Shown one piece after another: positions 1-8,158 of a DNA stretch of 64,000 nucleotides; the first letter of the stretch is position 1; every line of letters starts with the position of its first letter. Both the position numbers and the translations under genes were made by a program. A model generated the notes under the pieces. The model saw nothing but the letters and a program-made list of their open reading frames with translations. It ran no database searches and was not told the DNA's origin. This DNA comes from Arenicellales bacterium (lineage in GTDB: Bacteria > Pseudomonadota > Gammaproteobacteria > Arenicellales > Poriferihabitantaceae): the NCBI GenBank assembly GCA_965231865.1, contig CBDDOJ010000001.1, positions 509,359 through 573,358 of the forward strand. The letters are read 5' to 3'.

Positions 1-1
1 T

Positions 2-1249
2 ATCGTTGAAAGCGAAGAGAAGATACCCATCGCACGGTACGGGACCTCCAACATTGCGAAGATGAAAGAAACCTATCGCCGGGGGCTCAGCCATCGGTAC
101 GGTTCTCTCATGCAGGCCATTGCCGGCATTCATTTCAATTTTTCCCTGCCCGATTCCTTCTGGGAAGCCTGCCTGGATGCCAACGACGATGAGCAGATGC
201 GAGATGGCAAGTCGGATCGCTATTTTGCGTTAATTCGCAACTTTCATCGCCATTCCTGGCTGAGCAGCTACCTGTTCGGGGCCTCCCCGGCGGTTTGTCG
301 GACATTCCTGGTCGGCCGGGAGCACAAGCTCGAAGATTTCGATGCCCACAGTTTTTATGCCCCGGATGCCACTTCGCTGCGACTCAGCGGACTGGGATAT
401 ACCAATGAAGCACAGGACCAGGTCGGCATCAGCTATGCCGGGATCCGGGAATTTACCAACTCTCTTCGCCATGCCATCCAGACCCCGCACCACGAATACG
501 AAAAGATCGGCGTCAGGGTGAATGGCGAATACCGGCAGCTCAATGCGAACCTCCTGCAGATTGAAAATGAATTCTATTCGTCCATACGGCCCAAGAGAGT
601 GGCTGCTTCGGGAGAAAGTCCCTCCCGTGCCCTGCTGCAACGCGGTGTCGAATACGTCGAAGTACGCAGTGTCGACCTGAACCCGTTTGAACCCATCGGC
701 ATACACGCCGATTGTGTGCGGTTTTTCGATATGTTTCTGTTGTACTGCATGCTCTCGGAAAGCAGGGAGATGAGTCAGAAAGAATTCCTGCTCACCCGGG
801 AAAACCAGAAGACCATGGTCATGGCGGGCAGAAACTGCGATGCCAGGATTCTCAAATCCGACGAAAGTATCCGTGCCAGAGATGAAATGGTCTCCATACT
901 TGATGGCATGCAGCCCATCGCGACACTGCTTGATCAGGTCAACGGGTCTGACGACTACCGGACCACCATGGAAAAACAGCGGGCCAAGGTCCAGGACCCC
1001 GGCTTGACTCCTTCGGCCAGAATCATCCAGGGCATGGTTGAAGACAATCTTTCGTTTTATGAATTTTCCATGCAGGCCTCCGTCCGCTCGGAACAAATAT
1101 TCAAGCAGAGTACCCTGGACCCGGAAGTGAATGCCCGGTATGAAACACTGGCCCGGGAATCCCATCTAAAACGACAGGAAATCGAAAACAGCGACACACT
1201 TTCCTTTGAAGCATTTTTGGATGACTATTTTCAACGCCAAAATGGTTGA
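2..1249 (+). CDS. gshA: Glutamate--cysteine ligase, C-terminal part (5' end upstream of window)
   Basis: The frame is open from nt 2. The translation ...IPIARYGTSNIAKMKETYRRGLSHRYGSLMQAIAGIHFNFSLP... matches the conserved proteobacterial GshA core (E. coli ...IPIAQYGTSN...YGALMQTISGVHYNFSLP, from memory). Stop at 1247-1249. Confidence 0.88.
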   Translation: MVESEEKIPIARYGTSNIAKMKETYRRGLSHRYGSLMQAIAGIHFNFSLPDSFWEACLDANDDEQMRDGKSDRYFALIRNFHRHSWLSSYLFGASPAVCRTFLVGREHKLEDFDAHSFYAPDATSLRLSGLGYTNEAQDQVGISYAGIREFTNSLRHAIQTPHHEYEKIGVRVNGEYRQLNANLLQIENEFYSSIRPKRVAASGESPSRALLQRGVEYVEVRSVDLNPFEPIGIHADCVRFFDMFLLYCMLSESREMSQKEFLLTRENQKTMVMAGRNCDARILKSDESIRARDEMVSILDGMQPIATLLDQVNGSDDYRTTMEKQRAKVQDPGLTPSARIIQGMVEDNLSFYEFSMQASVRSEQIFKQSTLDPEVNARYETLARESHLKRQEIENSDTLSFEAFLDDYFQRQNG

Positions 1250-1505
1250 CGGCCCATCCGTCAACCACCCATCCTGTCCGCTGGTCCGCACGTTTCGGGG
1301 CACTTGACCGGTTGGGGAAACCGGGGGTGCGTTATTCACCCGGGGCGAGTGCCCCTTGAGAGAAACCGGAAAATATTCGGCAAATCGCCCCAAAGTATCC
1401 GGGTTATATCTCCATATAGGTATTTCCAGGTTTTACTCCAACTCTTGATAATCAACTCTGCTGGAATCAGCCCCATTTTTAACCCCTACATTTTCAGGAA
1501 ACACC

Positions 1506-2675
1506 ATGAACGACGATCGACAACCCGATTTCAAAACCAGAGAGGTCCACGCTGGTGTACGGCCAGACCCGGTAACCGGAGCAATTCTTACGCCCATTTA
1601 CCAATCCACGACGTATGTTCAGGAATCCGTCAACAAGTACATGGAAAAGGGGTATTCCTACAGCCGCTCGGGGAACCCCACGGTAACGGCGCTGGAAGAT
1701 CGTATCACCGCTCTGGAAGGCGGTGCGGGCAGCGCCTGTTTTGCCACCGGCATGGCGGCAACCAGCGCAACCATGATGGCCCTGCTCAATGCCGGTGAAC
1801 ATGCCGTTCTGTCCGATGTGGTGTATGGCGGTACCCACAGACTGTCCACCAAGGTACTCTCCAGATTCGGCATTGAGTACAGTTTTGTCGACACCTCGAA
1901 TGCACAGAATGTCAAGGAGGCCATTCAGGACAACACAAGACTGATTTTTACGGAAACTCCAGCCAATCCGACCCTGAAGCTGACCGATATCGCCGCGGTT
2001 TCCGAAATTGCCCAGGCCCGTGAAATTCCCCATGTCGTCGACAACACATTTTTGACTCCCTATTACCAGCGGCCCTTGGAACTCGGGGCAGACGTTTCCC
2101 TCCACAGCACCACCAAATTCATGGAAGGACACAATGTGTCCGTAGGCGGGTCCATTACGGCGAAAGAGGAACAGATGCTGGAAGACATCAAGTTTGTACG
2201 CAACTGCCTGGGTTCCAACATGTCCCCCCAGGTCGCATTCTATACATTACAGGGATGCAAAACCATGAGTACACGGATCGAAGCACAATCCGCAAATGCC
2301 CGCAAGGTGGCCGAATTTCTGGAGACCCACTCCATGGTAGAGCGGGTGGCCTATCCCGGCCTGGATTCATTCCCGCAAAAAGAACTGGCAGACAGGCAGG
2401 CAAGCGGTCATGGGTCCATGCTCTGGTTTGAAGTCAAGGGGGGAGTGGAATCCGGCAAAAAACTGATGGATACCCTGCAATTGTGGAGTCTGGCCGAGAA
2501 TCTCGGTTCCGTTGAATCCCTGGTGACGCATTCCGTGACCATGACCCATGCGGACATGCCCCGCGAAGAGCGAATGGCAGCCGGAATCACAGACGGACTC
2601 GTGCGTTTGTCTGCCGGGCTGGAATCAGCCGATGATCTGATTATTGACCTCAAGCAGGCACTGGACGGGCTGTAA
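1506..2675 (+). CDS. Cys/Met-metabolism PLP-dependent enzyme (cystathionine beta-lyase / gamma-synthase / sulfhydrylase family)
   Basis: 389-aa ORF. The N-terminus (TREVHAGVRPDPVTGAILTPIYQSTTY) and the PLP-lysine region (SLHSTTKFMEGHN) are typical of the family. The exact reaction cannot be decided from sequence alone. Confidence 0.8.
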   Translation: MNDDRQPDFKTREVHAGVRPDPVTGAILTPIYQSTTYVQESVNKYMEKGYSYSRSGNPTVTALEDRITALEGGAGSACFATGMAATSATMMALLNAGEHAVLSDVVYGGTHRLSTKVLSRFGIEYSFVDTSNAQNVKEAIQDNTRLIFTETPANPTLKLTDIAAVSEIAQAREIPHVVDNTFLTPYYQRPLELGADVSLHSTTKFMEGHNVSVGGSITAKEEQMLEDIKFVRNCLGSNMSPQVAFYTLQGCKTMSTRIEAQSANARKVAEFLETHSMVERVAYPGLDSFPQKELADRQASGHGSMLWFEVKGGVESGKKLMDTLQLWSLAENLGSVESLVTHSVTMTHADMPREERMAAGITDGLVRLSAGLESADDLIIDLKQALDGL

Positions 2676-2923
2676 CCGGCGGCTTGGAGCGGCAAAATTC
2701 AGCCGCCACTTTGATGAAGTGACTGTCTCCTGCCAGCAATGATTGTTTCCAACTGGAGGGGAAAGGGGCCCGATAAGGCAATCCCCAGGTAGATTCCACC
2801 AGACACTATCCGCCTGGTACAGGAACAGAACGATACCCGTGCTGGCCCCGGTTTGTTGCCGGGAAATTGGTTCCCGACAGACTTTCATTTCTCATTGCAC
2901 AAACTGATATACTCCAGGCCAGC

Positions 2924-3215
2924 GCCCTCGTAGCTCAGGGGATAGAGCGATCGCCTCCTGATTGATGAAATACGGGCACCGGAGCAGGAAACTCTCCGTG
3001 TGAATCTGCTCAAATTCGGTGAACCCTTCCCGACCCTGTCGGTGGCAATACCGAGCCAAGCCTGGGAATACCAGGAAGGTGTAGAGACTTGACGGGCAGC
3101 ACCTACGGGATTGACCAGGGTGAAGAGAAAGTCCAGGCCACAAACTGAACAGGTAGCGAAAGCTATAGTGGTATGAAGCGATAGGTCGCAGGTTCGAATC
3201 CTGCCGAGGGCGCCA
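2924..3215 (+). tRNA. tRNA-Arg (anticodon CCU) interrupted by a group I intron in the anticodon loop
   Basis: I read the cloverleaf directly. Acceptor GCCCTCG (2924-2930) pairs with CGAGGGC (3205-3211). D arm is GCTC-AGGGGATA-GAGC. Anticodon stem ATCGC (2950-2954) pairs with GCGAT (3178-3182). Variable loop is AGGTC and the T arm is GCAGG-TTCGAAT-CCTGC. Discriminator G is followed by an encoded CCA (3213-3215). Joining 2959 to 3176 gives the anticodon loop CUCCUAA. Confidence 0.88.
2960..3175 (+). ncRNA. Group I intron (small IC3-like, no internal ORF) within tRNA-Arg(CCU)
   Basis: 216 nt. The 5' exon ends in U (2959) and the intron ends in G (3175). Core strings CAAATTCGGTGAA, GGCAATACCGAGCCAAGC and GAAGGTGTAGAGACTTGACGG closely resemble the Azoarcus tRNA-Ile group I intron core (from memory). 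There is a P2-like hairpin CGGAG-N9-CTCCG (2980-2998) and a GAAA-capped hairpin TAGC-GAAA-GCTA (3154-3165). Confidence 0.82.
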
Positions 3216-3389
3216 ACACAACGTATTCGGACCTTTTCGATGTTACCAATTTGCGTAGATGTTTTTCTGCCGCGAATTCTACTTGCAAGTTTGGGGGCAT
3301 GCGAATGAGGCTGTGAGCAGCATGTTTCTGATAGTGAACAACATGCATTAAATAAGTTTGCTAATAATAAATTTTTGCGTCAACCGGCA

Positions 3390-4370
3390 TCACTGAACCG
3401 CAACCGCTTGCGGGTAGATGACGGAATTGCGCAAGACGGTCGCAGGGGGGTAAAAATCGACTGCTTTGGCGACATCCATATTCACCATAAAATTGAAACG
3501 TTTGAGTGTTTCAATGGGAATATCCCTGGCGGGGGTGCCCCGCAGGATTTGCGCCGCCTTGAATCCCGCAAAATTGCCGACCAAATAGTATTTGCTGACC
3601 AGGCCGACCAATGCGTGACCGGATTTGACCGGCCCCTCGGTAGCCGAAAAAATAGGCAACCCCAATTCCCGGGCAAGATCCGCCAGCAACGCCCCATTCG
3701 AAATCATGTAGGAATCCGAGGGCAAATAGAAAATATCCACCCCGGTTTTCACTGCCTGATCGACATACGAGGTCAATTGTGGCAACAGGGGCTGGCTGCT
3801 GTCGATCGCAAACCGGGTCAGTTTGAATTGTCCTGACTCTTCCAGGGTCGATTGAAGCTTGCTCACCTGCAATTGCGAGTTTTTTTCTTCCTGGTTAAAA
3901 AAAACAGCAATATGCGAAAATTCGCCCAGGTCCGCGATCGCATTGAGCTGTGTGGTCAACGGCACCAGGTGAGAGGCCCCGGTCAAATTGCGGTGGTGTT
4001 CCTCGAACTGGGTGACCAGGCCGGCACCGATTGGGTCCGAAACAATATTGAAGACCAAAGGGATATCACCCAGGTTGTCGCCCGCGGCCTGCGAACCCGC
4101 CACGGACAGCGACACGGTTGTCCCAAACGTATAAACCAAATCGGGTTGCTGCTGCCTGATTTGTTCAACAAAGCCCGGCACCACGGTTTTGTCCTTGTTG
4201 GCATTGGCGATCACGAACTCGATGTTCAGGTCTTTTTGTGACTGCAGGTAATCCATAAAACCCTGTTCCGCATCGGTTTCACCGCGCCATAAAACCATAA
4301 ACACGGTTTTCTGGTCCGCAAAACTGACCGTGGAAACCAGCAACAGCAACCAGATGACCACCCTGCTCAT
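3390..4370 (-). CDS. Periplasmic substrate-binding protein (ABC_sub_bind / COG2984-like)
   Basis: I moved the start to the ATG at 4370 (MSRVVIWLLLLVSTVSFADQ... signal peptide). This ATG overlaps the stop of the upstream gene as ATGA (4367-4370). The body resembles BMP/COG2984-type binding proteins. The longer track ORF (to 4466) overlaps the upstream CDS. Confidence 0.75.
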   Translation of the reverse strand: MSRVVIWLLLLVSTVSFADQKTVFMVLWRGETDAEQGFMDYLQSQKDLNIEFVIANANKDKTVVPGFVEQIRQQQPDLVYTFGTTVSLSVAGSQAAGDNLGDIPLVFNIVSDPIGAGLVTQFEEHHRNLTGASHLVPLTTQLNAIADLGEFSHIAVFFNQEEKNSQLQVSKLQSTLEESGQFKLTRFAIDSSQPLLPQLTSYVDQAVKTGVDIFYLPSDSYMISNGALLADLARELGLPIFSATEGPVKSGHALVGLVSKYYLVGNFAGFKAAQILRGTPARDIPIETLKRFNFMVNMDVAKAVDFYPPATVLRNSVIYPQAVAVQ

Positions 4371-7054
4371 GATGTGACCTCCACGGCTTTTCGGGGAAAA
4401 AGAGTCACAGCGGCCAGGAATGTCAACATGATGACCGCATTGATAAACAAAAATCCCGCAAACCACAAAAATGCCACATTGAAACCCAGGGCGGCAATCA
4501 ACAACGCCGCCAGTATCGGTCCCGCAATATTGCCCACACGCTCTGTCATGCGGTAAATACCGATCACCTTGCCCATCGACAACCGAACATCATCCTGCAT
4601 CAGTTCAGTCAGCAACGAAATTTGAGGCGCTACCCCGATGGCATGCCCAATTCCAATGAGCATGATCGCGAGCAATACCCCGTGTATGCTTGGAATCAGG
4701 TACAGGGCGACCAGGGCAATGCCGGCCATCAGGCCTCCCAGACAGATGAACAGTTTCTTTTGGTTGTAATGATCCACGATCCGGGCACTCAGGGGAGTGA
4801 CCAGAATGATCGCCAACCCATAGGCCATCAGAATACGGCCAGTGGAAGATTGCGATTCAGCCAGGTTCAGCTGCATGTATAAAGGCACGGCGTAATACAG
4901 AAAACCGGTCAAGGTGATTTTTGCGGGGATGGCGGAAAACAGGGTGATGGCGATGAAATACCGATTTTTCATCAGTATTGTAAAATCCCGCCAGGCCAGC
5001 TTGGTCGGCGGCGTATCGGATTTCTCCTTGTTCGTGAAGAACTGTGCGACAAATAACGCAGAAACGAGGGACATGGCAGCCGACAAATAAAACGTGGCAT
5101 CAAAGCCGATACGATCCGCCAAAATTCCACCAATGGCTGCCCCACACAGCAACCCGGAGAAAAACCCGGATAAAAAGGTCGCCATTCCCTTGGTTCGGTT
5201 GGATGAATCGGTGTTGTCCGTAACCAGGCCCTGCGCGGTGATAAAAACGATGGCATAACCAATCGCGGTAAAACAGCGGACCACCAGCAGGTGGTAAAAG
5301 TTGTCCACAAAACCACTGGCGGCCAAGCCGACTGCGGTAAGCAGGGCCCCGATGATAAATGCCTTTCGCCGACCCACATTGTCTGACCACTGGCCCGCCA
5401 TCGGCAATGACAGGGCCCAGATCGCCATAAAAGCGGAAATCGGCAGGCTGATGACCATCGATTTGCTTAACCCGGCGATGGGTTCATACATCGATTCCAC
5501 ATAAATCGGAAAAAACGACAGGGACATGGATTCGGAAAACACCAGCAGAAACAGGGGCGGGCGAACAAAGTTCAGACTGCTGCTTTTCAGCACCCTGGTT
5601 TTTCCGGTTTTATCCTCTGTCCCGGTGACCCGGCTTCGAAGGTTGCCCAGTAACTGATTCAATTTATGACCGAGCATGCCCACTTCATCCTTGAAACTGA
5701 TATCCATAACCTGGCTGAAGTCACCACGAATGGCTTTTTGGATGATCCGCTGCAGGGAGGTCATCGGCGTGGTGATGGTATAACTGACGATAAACAGGAT
5801 CAGCTCTCCCGCCAAAAGCCCTGCCACCGCGATCACCGCCAGAATGTCAAAGGAGATTTCTTTCAGGCTTTCTTCCATCACCAGTGGATCGATGCCAATC
5901 ACCACATCCGCAAGCCCCTCACCCTGATAGAGGATGGGATAACGATATAGATTGAATTGCTCCTCCAACGGTTTGGACGAAGGAATGTCGCCGCTTTGAT
6001 ACCGTAACTGACCATCGCTCATTTGAAGTGCGATCAACTGTAAATCGGGCTGGGTGGACTGCAGGGCCTGAAACTCCTGCTCCAACCCCCGAATGCGATC
6101 AAACGGCACGCCTATCTCCAGGAGATAATCGATATTCTCAGCAATCTGGCTGGAAATCTCCAATGCCTTTTTTTCTTCCTGCGGCCTGAGTTCCTGCTTG
6201 AAAACATCCAGCTGCAACCAGGCACTCACTACCGTTGCGACAATAATCAACGTAAGCGTGGTTCCCAGAATCAACCAATTTCCCTTGGCCTTTACATCTT
6301 CTGCCTTCTCCTGCTCCGGAATCGATTTCCCCTGATACAGCTTTTGCAGGGCCACCACCTGTTGTTCCGTTTGGGTGGCGGCTGTTTTTCGCGTCAACCT
6401 TGATTTCTGACCATCCTGGAGTTGCGAAAGCGATGTCAGCATGCGGGAAAGACTGCGCAGGGTCGGACGCAAAATGAGATAGATAATCAGCAGACCCGCC
6501 AAAATGGCCACACCAATGACCATCCCGGCATACTGGGCTAGCCTTTCGGTCACACTGCGCTGGAAAGCACTGTATTCCGATTGGTCATAAAAAAGAATCA
6601 GGTGTCCTTCGGTCTGGTCAAAGCTGTTTGTCAGCGCCATGCTGAATACCAGCTGGTCATCCAGCTCAACCGCTTCTCCCGACACCGGGGCCTGCTGCCA
6701 CTGAAGCAGGACTTTTCTCGCCAACTCCGTATCCCCTTGCTCAAACAGCACTTCAGACTGGTTGTTGACAACAATCACCGCATTGATGAACTCATCCGAC
6801 TCCAGAGCCTGGGTCAGCAAGGCCCCGATTTGAGTCTGCTCATTCAGCTTCAGCCCCAGTCCCAACCCATATTCCACCGCAAACCGGGTATCGTCAAGCA
6901 CGATTTGCACGCGATTCTGAAGTAGCTGGCGGTAGTTTTTCTGGAAGGTGGAATAGTTTAAAAATGAACTCAAAGCGACCGAAAAGACCAGAACCACGGC
7001 AAGTGCAAGTGCAAGTTTATTGATCAGTCGATTCTGGAATTTTACGTGGGTCAT
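4367..7054 (-). CDS. Dual-sensor / HAMP-like domain fused to a 12-TM MFS permease (895 aa)
   Basis: Predicted TM helices lie at ~aa 12-33, 174-195, 259-281 and 401-425 and flank two extracytoplasmic regions. A HAMP-like segment sits at aa ~426-476 (TTPMTSLQRIIQKAIRGDFSQVMDISFKDEVGMLGHKLNQLLGNL). The MFS core runs from aa ~497-895 and carries motif A, GQWSDNVGRRKAF. Confidence 0.75.
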   Translation of the reverse strand: MTHVKFQNRLINKLALALAVVLVFSVALSSFLNYSTFQKNYRQLLQNRVQIVLDDTRFAVEYGLGLGLKLNEQTQIGALLTQALESDEFINAVIVVNNQSEVLFEQGDTELARKVLLQWQQAPVSGEAVELDDQLVFSMALTNSFDQTEGHLILFYDQSEYSAFQRSVTERLAQYAGMVIGVAILAGLLIIYLILRPTLRSLSRMLTSLSQLQDGQKSRLTRKTAATQTEQQVVALQKLYQGKSIPEQEKAEDVKAKGNWLILGTTLTLIIVATVVSAWLQLDVFKQELRPQEEKKALEISSQIAENIDYLLEIGVPFDRIRGLEQEFQALQSTQPDLQLIALQMSDGQLRYQSGDIPSSKPLEEQFNLYRYPILYQGEGLADVVIGIDPLVMEESLKEISFDILAVIAVAGLLAGELILFIVSYTITTPMTSLQRIIQKAIRGDFSQVMDISFKDEVGMLGHKLNQLLGNLRSRVTGTEDKTGKTRVLKSSSLNFVRPPLFLLVFSESMSLSFFPIYVESMYEPIAGLSKSMVISLPISAFMAIWALSLPMAGQWSDNVGRRKAFIIGALLTAVGLAASGFVDNFYHLLVVRCFTAIGYAIVFITAQGLVTDNTDSSNRTKGMATFLSGFFSGLLCGAAIGGILADRIGFDATFYLSAAMSLVSALFVAQFFTNKEKSDTPPTKLAWRDFTILMKNRYFIAITLFSAIPAKITLTGFLYYAVPLYMQLNLAESQSSTGRILMAYGLAIILVTPLSARIVDHYNQKKLFICLGGLMAGIALVALYLIPSIHGVLLAIMLIGIGHAIGVAPQISLLTELMQDDVRLSMGKVIGIYRMTERVGNIAGPILAALLIAALGFNVAFLWFAGFLFINAVIMLTFLAAVTLFPRKAVEVTS

Positions 7055-8049
7055 AGGCTCAACCTGTACTTGGTTTTTTAAAGATGCGATGGATGCTGTT
7101 TGAGCACAATACTGTATCTATATGACATGAAGCTGTATGACATGGACTATATGATGGTCTGGTTTGGGGGGCGCCATAAGGCTTGACCGAATACTTTTCA
7201 GTAGCGTCCTCGCTCTTTTCTTTTCAAACCAACAGGACATCACCATCCAAGTACCTGATTCAAGAAAATGAACGCATTCAACCTGGTATCGCGACCCCAT
7301 CACAATACCCATGTGCTCCAGGTACTCAAACCAGTCCATCAACAGAAGGACCAAATATCAACAGGACCCCTTTTGCGGATTTGTCCTGTAGAATCCTGCT
7401 GCCATCACCAGAATATCGTTTCCTGTGCCGGATAAAACATCAAAGTAAGTTTCCTGGTCACTGATCGATACACGCTGGCCCTGAACGAGGGGTACTGCGC
7501 CGAAGGAAATCATGGATAGGCATCTGAACTTGAGTGCCGACTACACTTGAATTTTATTTGCAGGGTTTGATTCTATCCAGATGTACTTCAGATATCAATG
7601 AATTATATTAAATGAGAATCTGGACAGATAGCGGCCTGATCCGGGTTCATCCCTTTGGATGGGGTTGGTTGATGTCGGGTCGTCCTGAAACAGGATATCC
7701 GTATCCACAGGGGACCCATCGTCTTCAAAAACAGGGGGCTGTCATGTTATTTGCGTTGCTCCCGCGCCCGATTCGACCGCGGAACACGAATCCAGCGAAA
7801 ACAGTCCCGCTGTTGTGATGAGACCGGATTCAGGGTTGCAACCTGCCCCGATGCCCGAACAGAATACGGTTGTGGCGGGCATATCCTACAAGCTGGACAA
7901 AAAGCGGCATCCACCACCGTATGGGTCGCAACACTCCAGTAGATGCCGGTTTTGGCCTGTTCCCGTGGTCCCGGGAACGGATTTTCCACTGCGGAAACCG
8001 GCCACCCCGCCATCACCACTCAAATGACCGTTTAATTGGGTTGGCGCGT

Positions 8050-8077
8050 TTGCATTGATTGGCCTATGTTTTATACT
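8050..8077 (+). promoter_or_regulatory. Candidate sigma70 promoter for the cyclase gene (TTGCAT-16 nt-TATACT)
   Basis: TTGCAT at 8050-8055 and TATACT at 8072-8077 with a 16-nt spacer, about 80 nt upstream of the ATG at 8159. This is a pattern match only. Confidence 0.3.
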
Positions 8078-8158
8078 CATTGTAATCTGAAATGAGGAAC
8101 AGGGGCCCGTGAGGGCGGAGAGTTTCGTGAGTGCAGACAAACCGTCACAGACAATATT

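Noticed and set aside
230-1165. A 311-aa ORF antisense to gshA. Similar long antisense or out-of-frame ORFs occur elsewhere: 1494-2132, 11075-11908, 12348-13118, 23680-24510, 24324-25271, 39400-40140, 39465-40451, 41851-42657, 43521-44141 and 47544-48158.
   Set aside because: Each lies entirely inside a gene with clear family motifs on the other strand or frame. Their translations are low-complexity and rich in Arg, Pro and Gly, as expected for shadow ORFs in GC-rich DNA.
1244-1266. Hairpin GGTTGACGG-CCCAT-CCGTCAACC overlapping the gshA stop, considered as a terminator.
   Set aside because: No U-tract follows it and it overlaps the coding end. That is too weak to call a terminator.
2960-3175. 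Possible homing endonuclease inside the intron.
   Set aside because: The intron is only 216 nt and has no ORF of useful length on the plus strand.
2892-3348. Track ORFs 2892-3221(-) and 3163-3348(-).
   Set aside because: They overlap the tRNA-Arg exons and the group I intron. The RNA explanation accounts for the conservation-like features.
7800-8030. Assigning the structured GC-rich element to a known riboswitch class. I considered cobalamin, ZTP, c-di-GMP-I and Moco.
   Set aside because: Isolated look-alike strings exist (CCACTG, GGGAAC, AGTGGAAAATCC, ACCTGCC). Their order and spacing fit none of the consensus architectures I remember on either strand, so I left it unclassified.
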